A stretch of 64,000 bases of DNA, taken from the human T2T-CHM13v2.0 reference genome, Homo sapiens. The DNA lies in the NCBI RefSeq assembly GCF_009914755.1, contig NC_060937.1; one strand, 5' to 3'. Below the pieces are notes generated by a model. The model was not told the DNA's origin. It did not search any database and saw only the letters and a program-made list of their open reading frames with translations. Of the stretch, positions 63,051 through 64,000 are shown in pieces; positions within the stretch are counted from its first letter, which is position 1, and every line of letters starts with the position of its first letter. A program made the translations under genes and the position numbers.

Positions 63051-64000
63051 TTGATCTTTTAAAATATGATAAACTTGGTTTGCTTTTATTCTGGAGACAT
63101 CTATTTTCTCTCCTCTGTTTTACGTTAACTGAATATATAAAGGAGAACAGGAAGAAATGATTTGAAGACACAATCTACTTTCCATTTCTGAAAATTAGAA
63201 ATATCAGAGTTTAAATGGAGTTGTCTCCGCTCCCTCAAATTTAAACATTGATAAATATCCTAATCTGAAACTGATATAATTTTATAGAATTTATTTTGTT
63301 TTTACTAAAGATCTGCATATTTTTTCCAAGGATATTTTAGAAGGCAACGAATATTAAGTAAGAAAGAAAACTCTTTTCTGCTAACAAATCCATATTTTAT
63401 GAAATATTTTCACTGCTTTCCAATCTTACAGTAAGCAATGGATTTATGTCCTGGTATACTTTGTGACTAAGATAAGCATGTGAAGCCACATTATTATGTA
63501 AACATCTAAAATATTTGCATTTTAGCAATAAATTTGCACTTAAGTCACATGCGAATGTGTACCAAGGAACCAATAACTTTTACTTTTTTTCTTTTGCATC
63601 AGGTTACTATCAACAGACATACATGTTTTAGTTAGTCTTCACTTTTATATGCTATATGCAAAAGTATTAACATGTACATCACATAATTGAGATGTTTCCT
63701 TTGAAATTTTGAAGGAAACATAGTTTGTATTATTTGTTTTCTAAAAAGCAGAACTCTTCAAACACTTTTAACTAGTGATTTTCATTTTTATTGCTGACAA
63801 AGCACAGGTTTATGAGCATTTATTAACATTTTAAAGAAAAGATTAAGTGTTCTGTCTTCTTGAAATATTAATCAAAGTAATTTGGCCCATTTCTATTCAT
63901 GCAGCTATAGTACCCTTTTCTTTAAATGAACTTACAGTTATGAAAGAAACTTTATCCTTTTATTTCACAAACAAGACCAACTCCCAACCACTTTGACCCT

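Noticed and set aside
63570-63640. Strong-looking plus-strand splice acceptor (AG at 63601-63602)
   Set aside because: T-rich tracts ending in AG are frequent in this AT-rich DNA, and there is no convincing paired donor.

Overview
This is AT-rich primate non-coding DNA, almost certainly human, since it carries a near-consensus AluYa5. It looks like a gene desert or a large intron. I found no protein-coding gene, tRNA, rRNA or CRISPR array; every longer ORF in the track maps to a transposon relic or a simple repeat. Identifiable elements include a solo LTR12 (ERV9), two MaLR proviruses with both LTRs (THE1D/MSTA type), about 12 Alu/FLAM copies, several L1 fragments (two with twin-priming-type inversions), an ancient ERVL gag/pol fossil, DNA transposons (MER2, MER45B, MER5) and microsatellites. 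I found no new multi-gene biological system. The most unusual signal is a recurring set of short, locally templated duplications and inversions: 22556->20121, 3682->7311, the 59641-59954 patchwork and the palindrome at 21096. Also notable are an LTR12 with an intact-looking promoter and a mutated poly(A) signal, a possibly polymorphic AluYa5, and an Alu plus inverted L1 enclosed by one TSD. Subfamily names come from recalled consensus motifs, not a database search.
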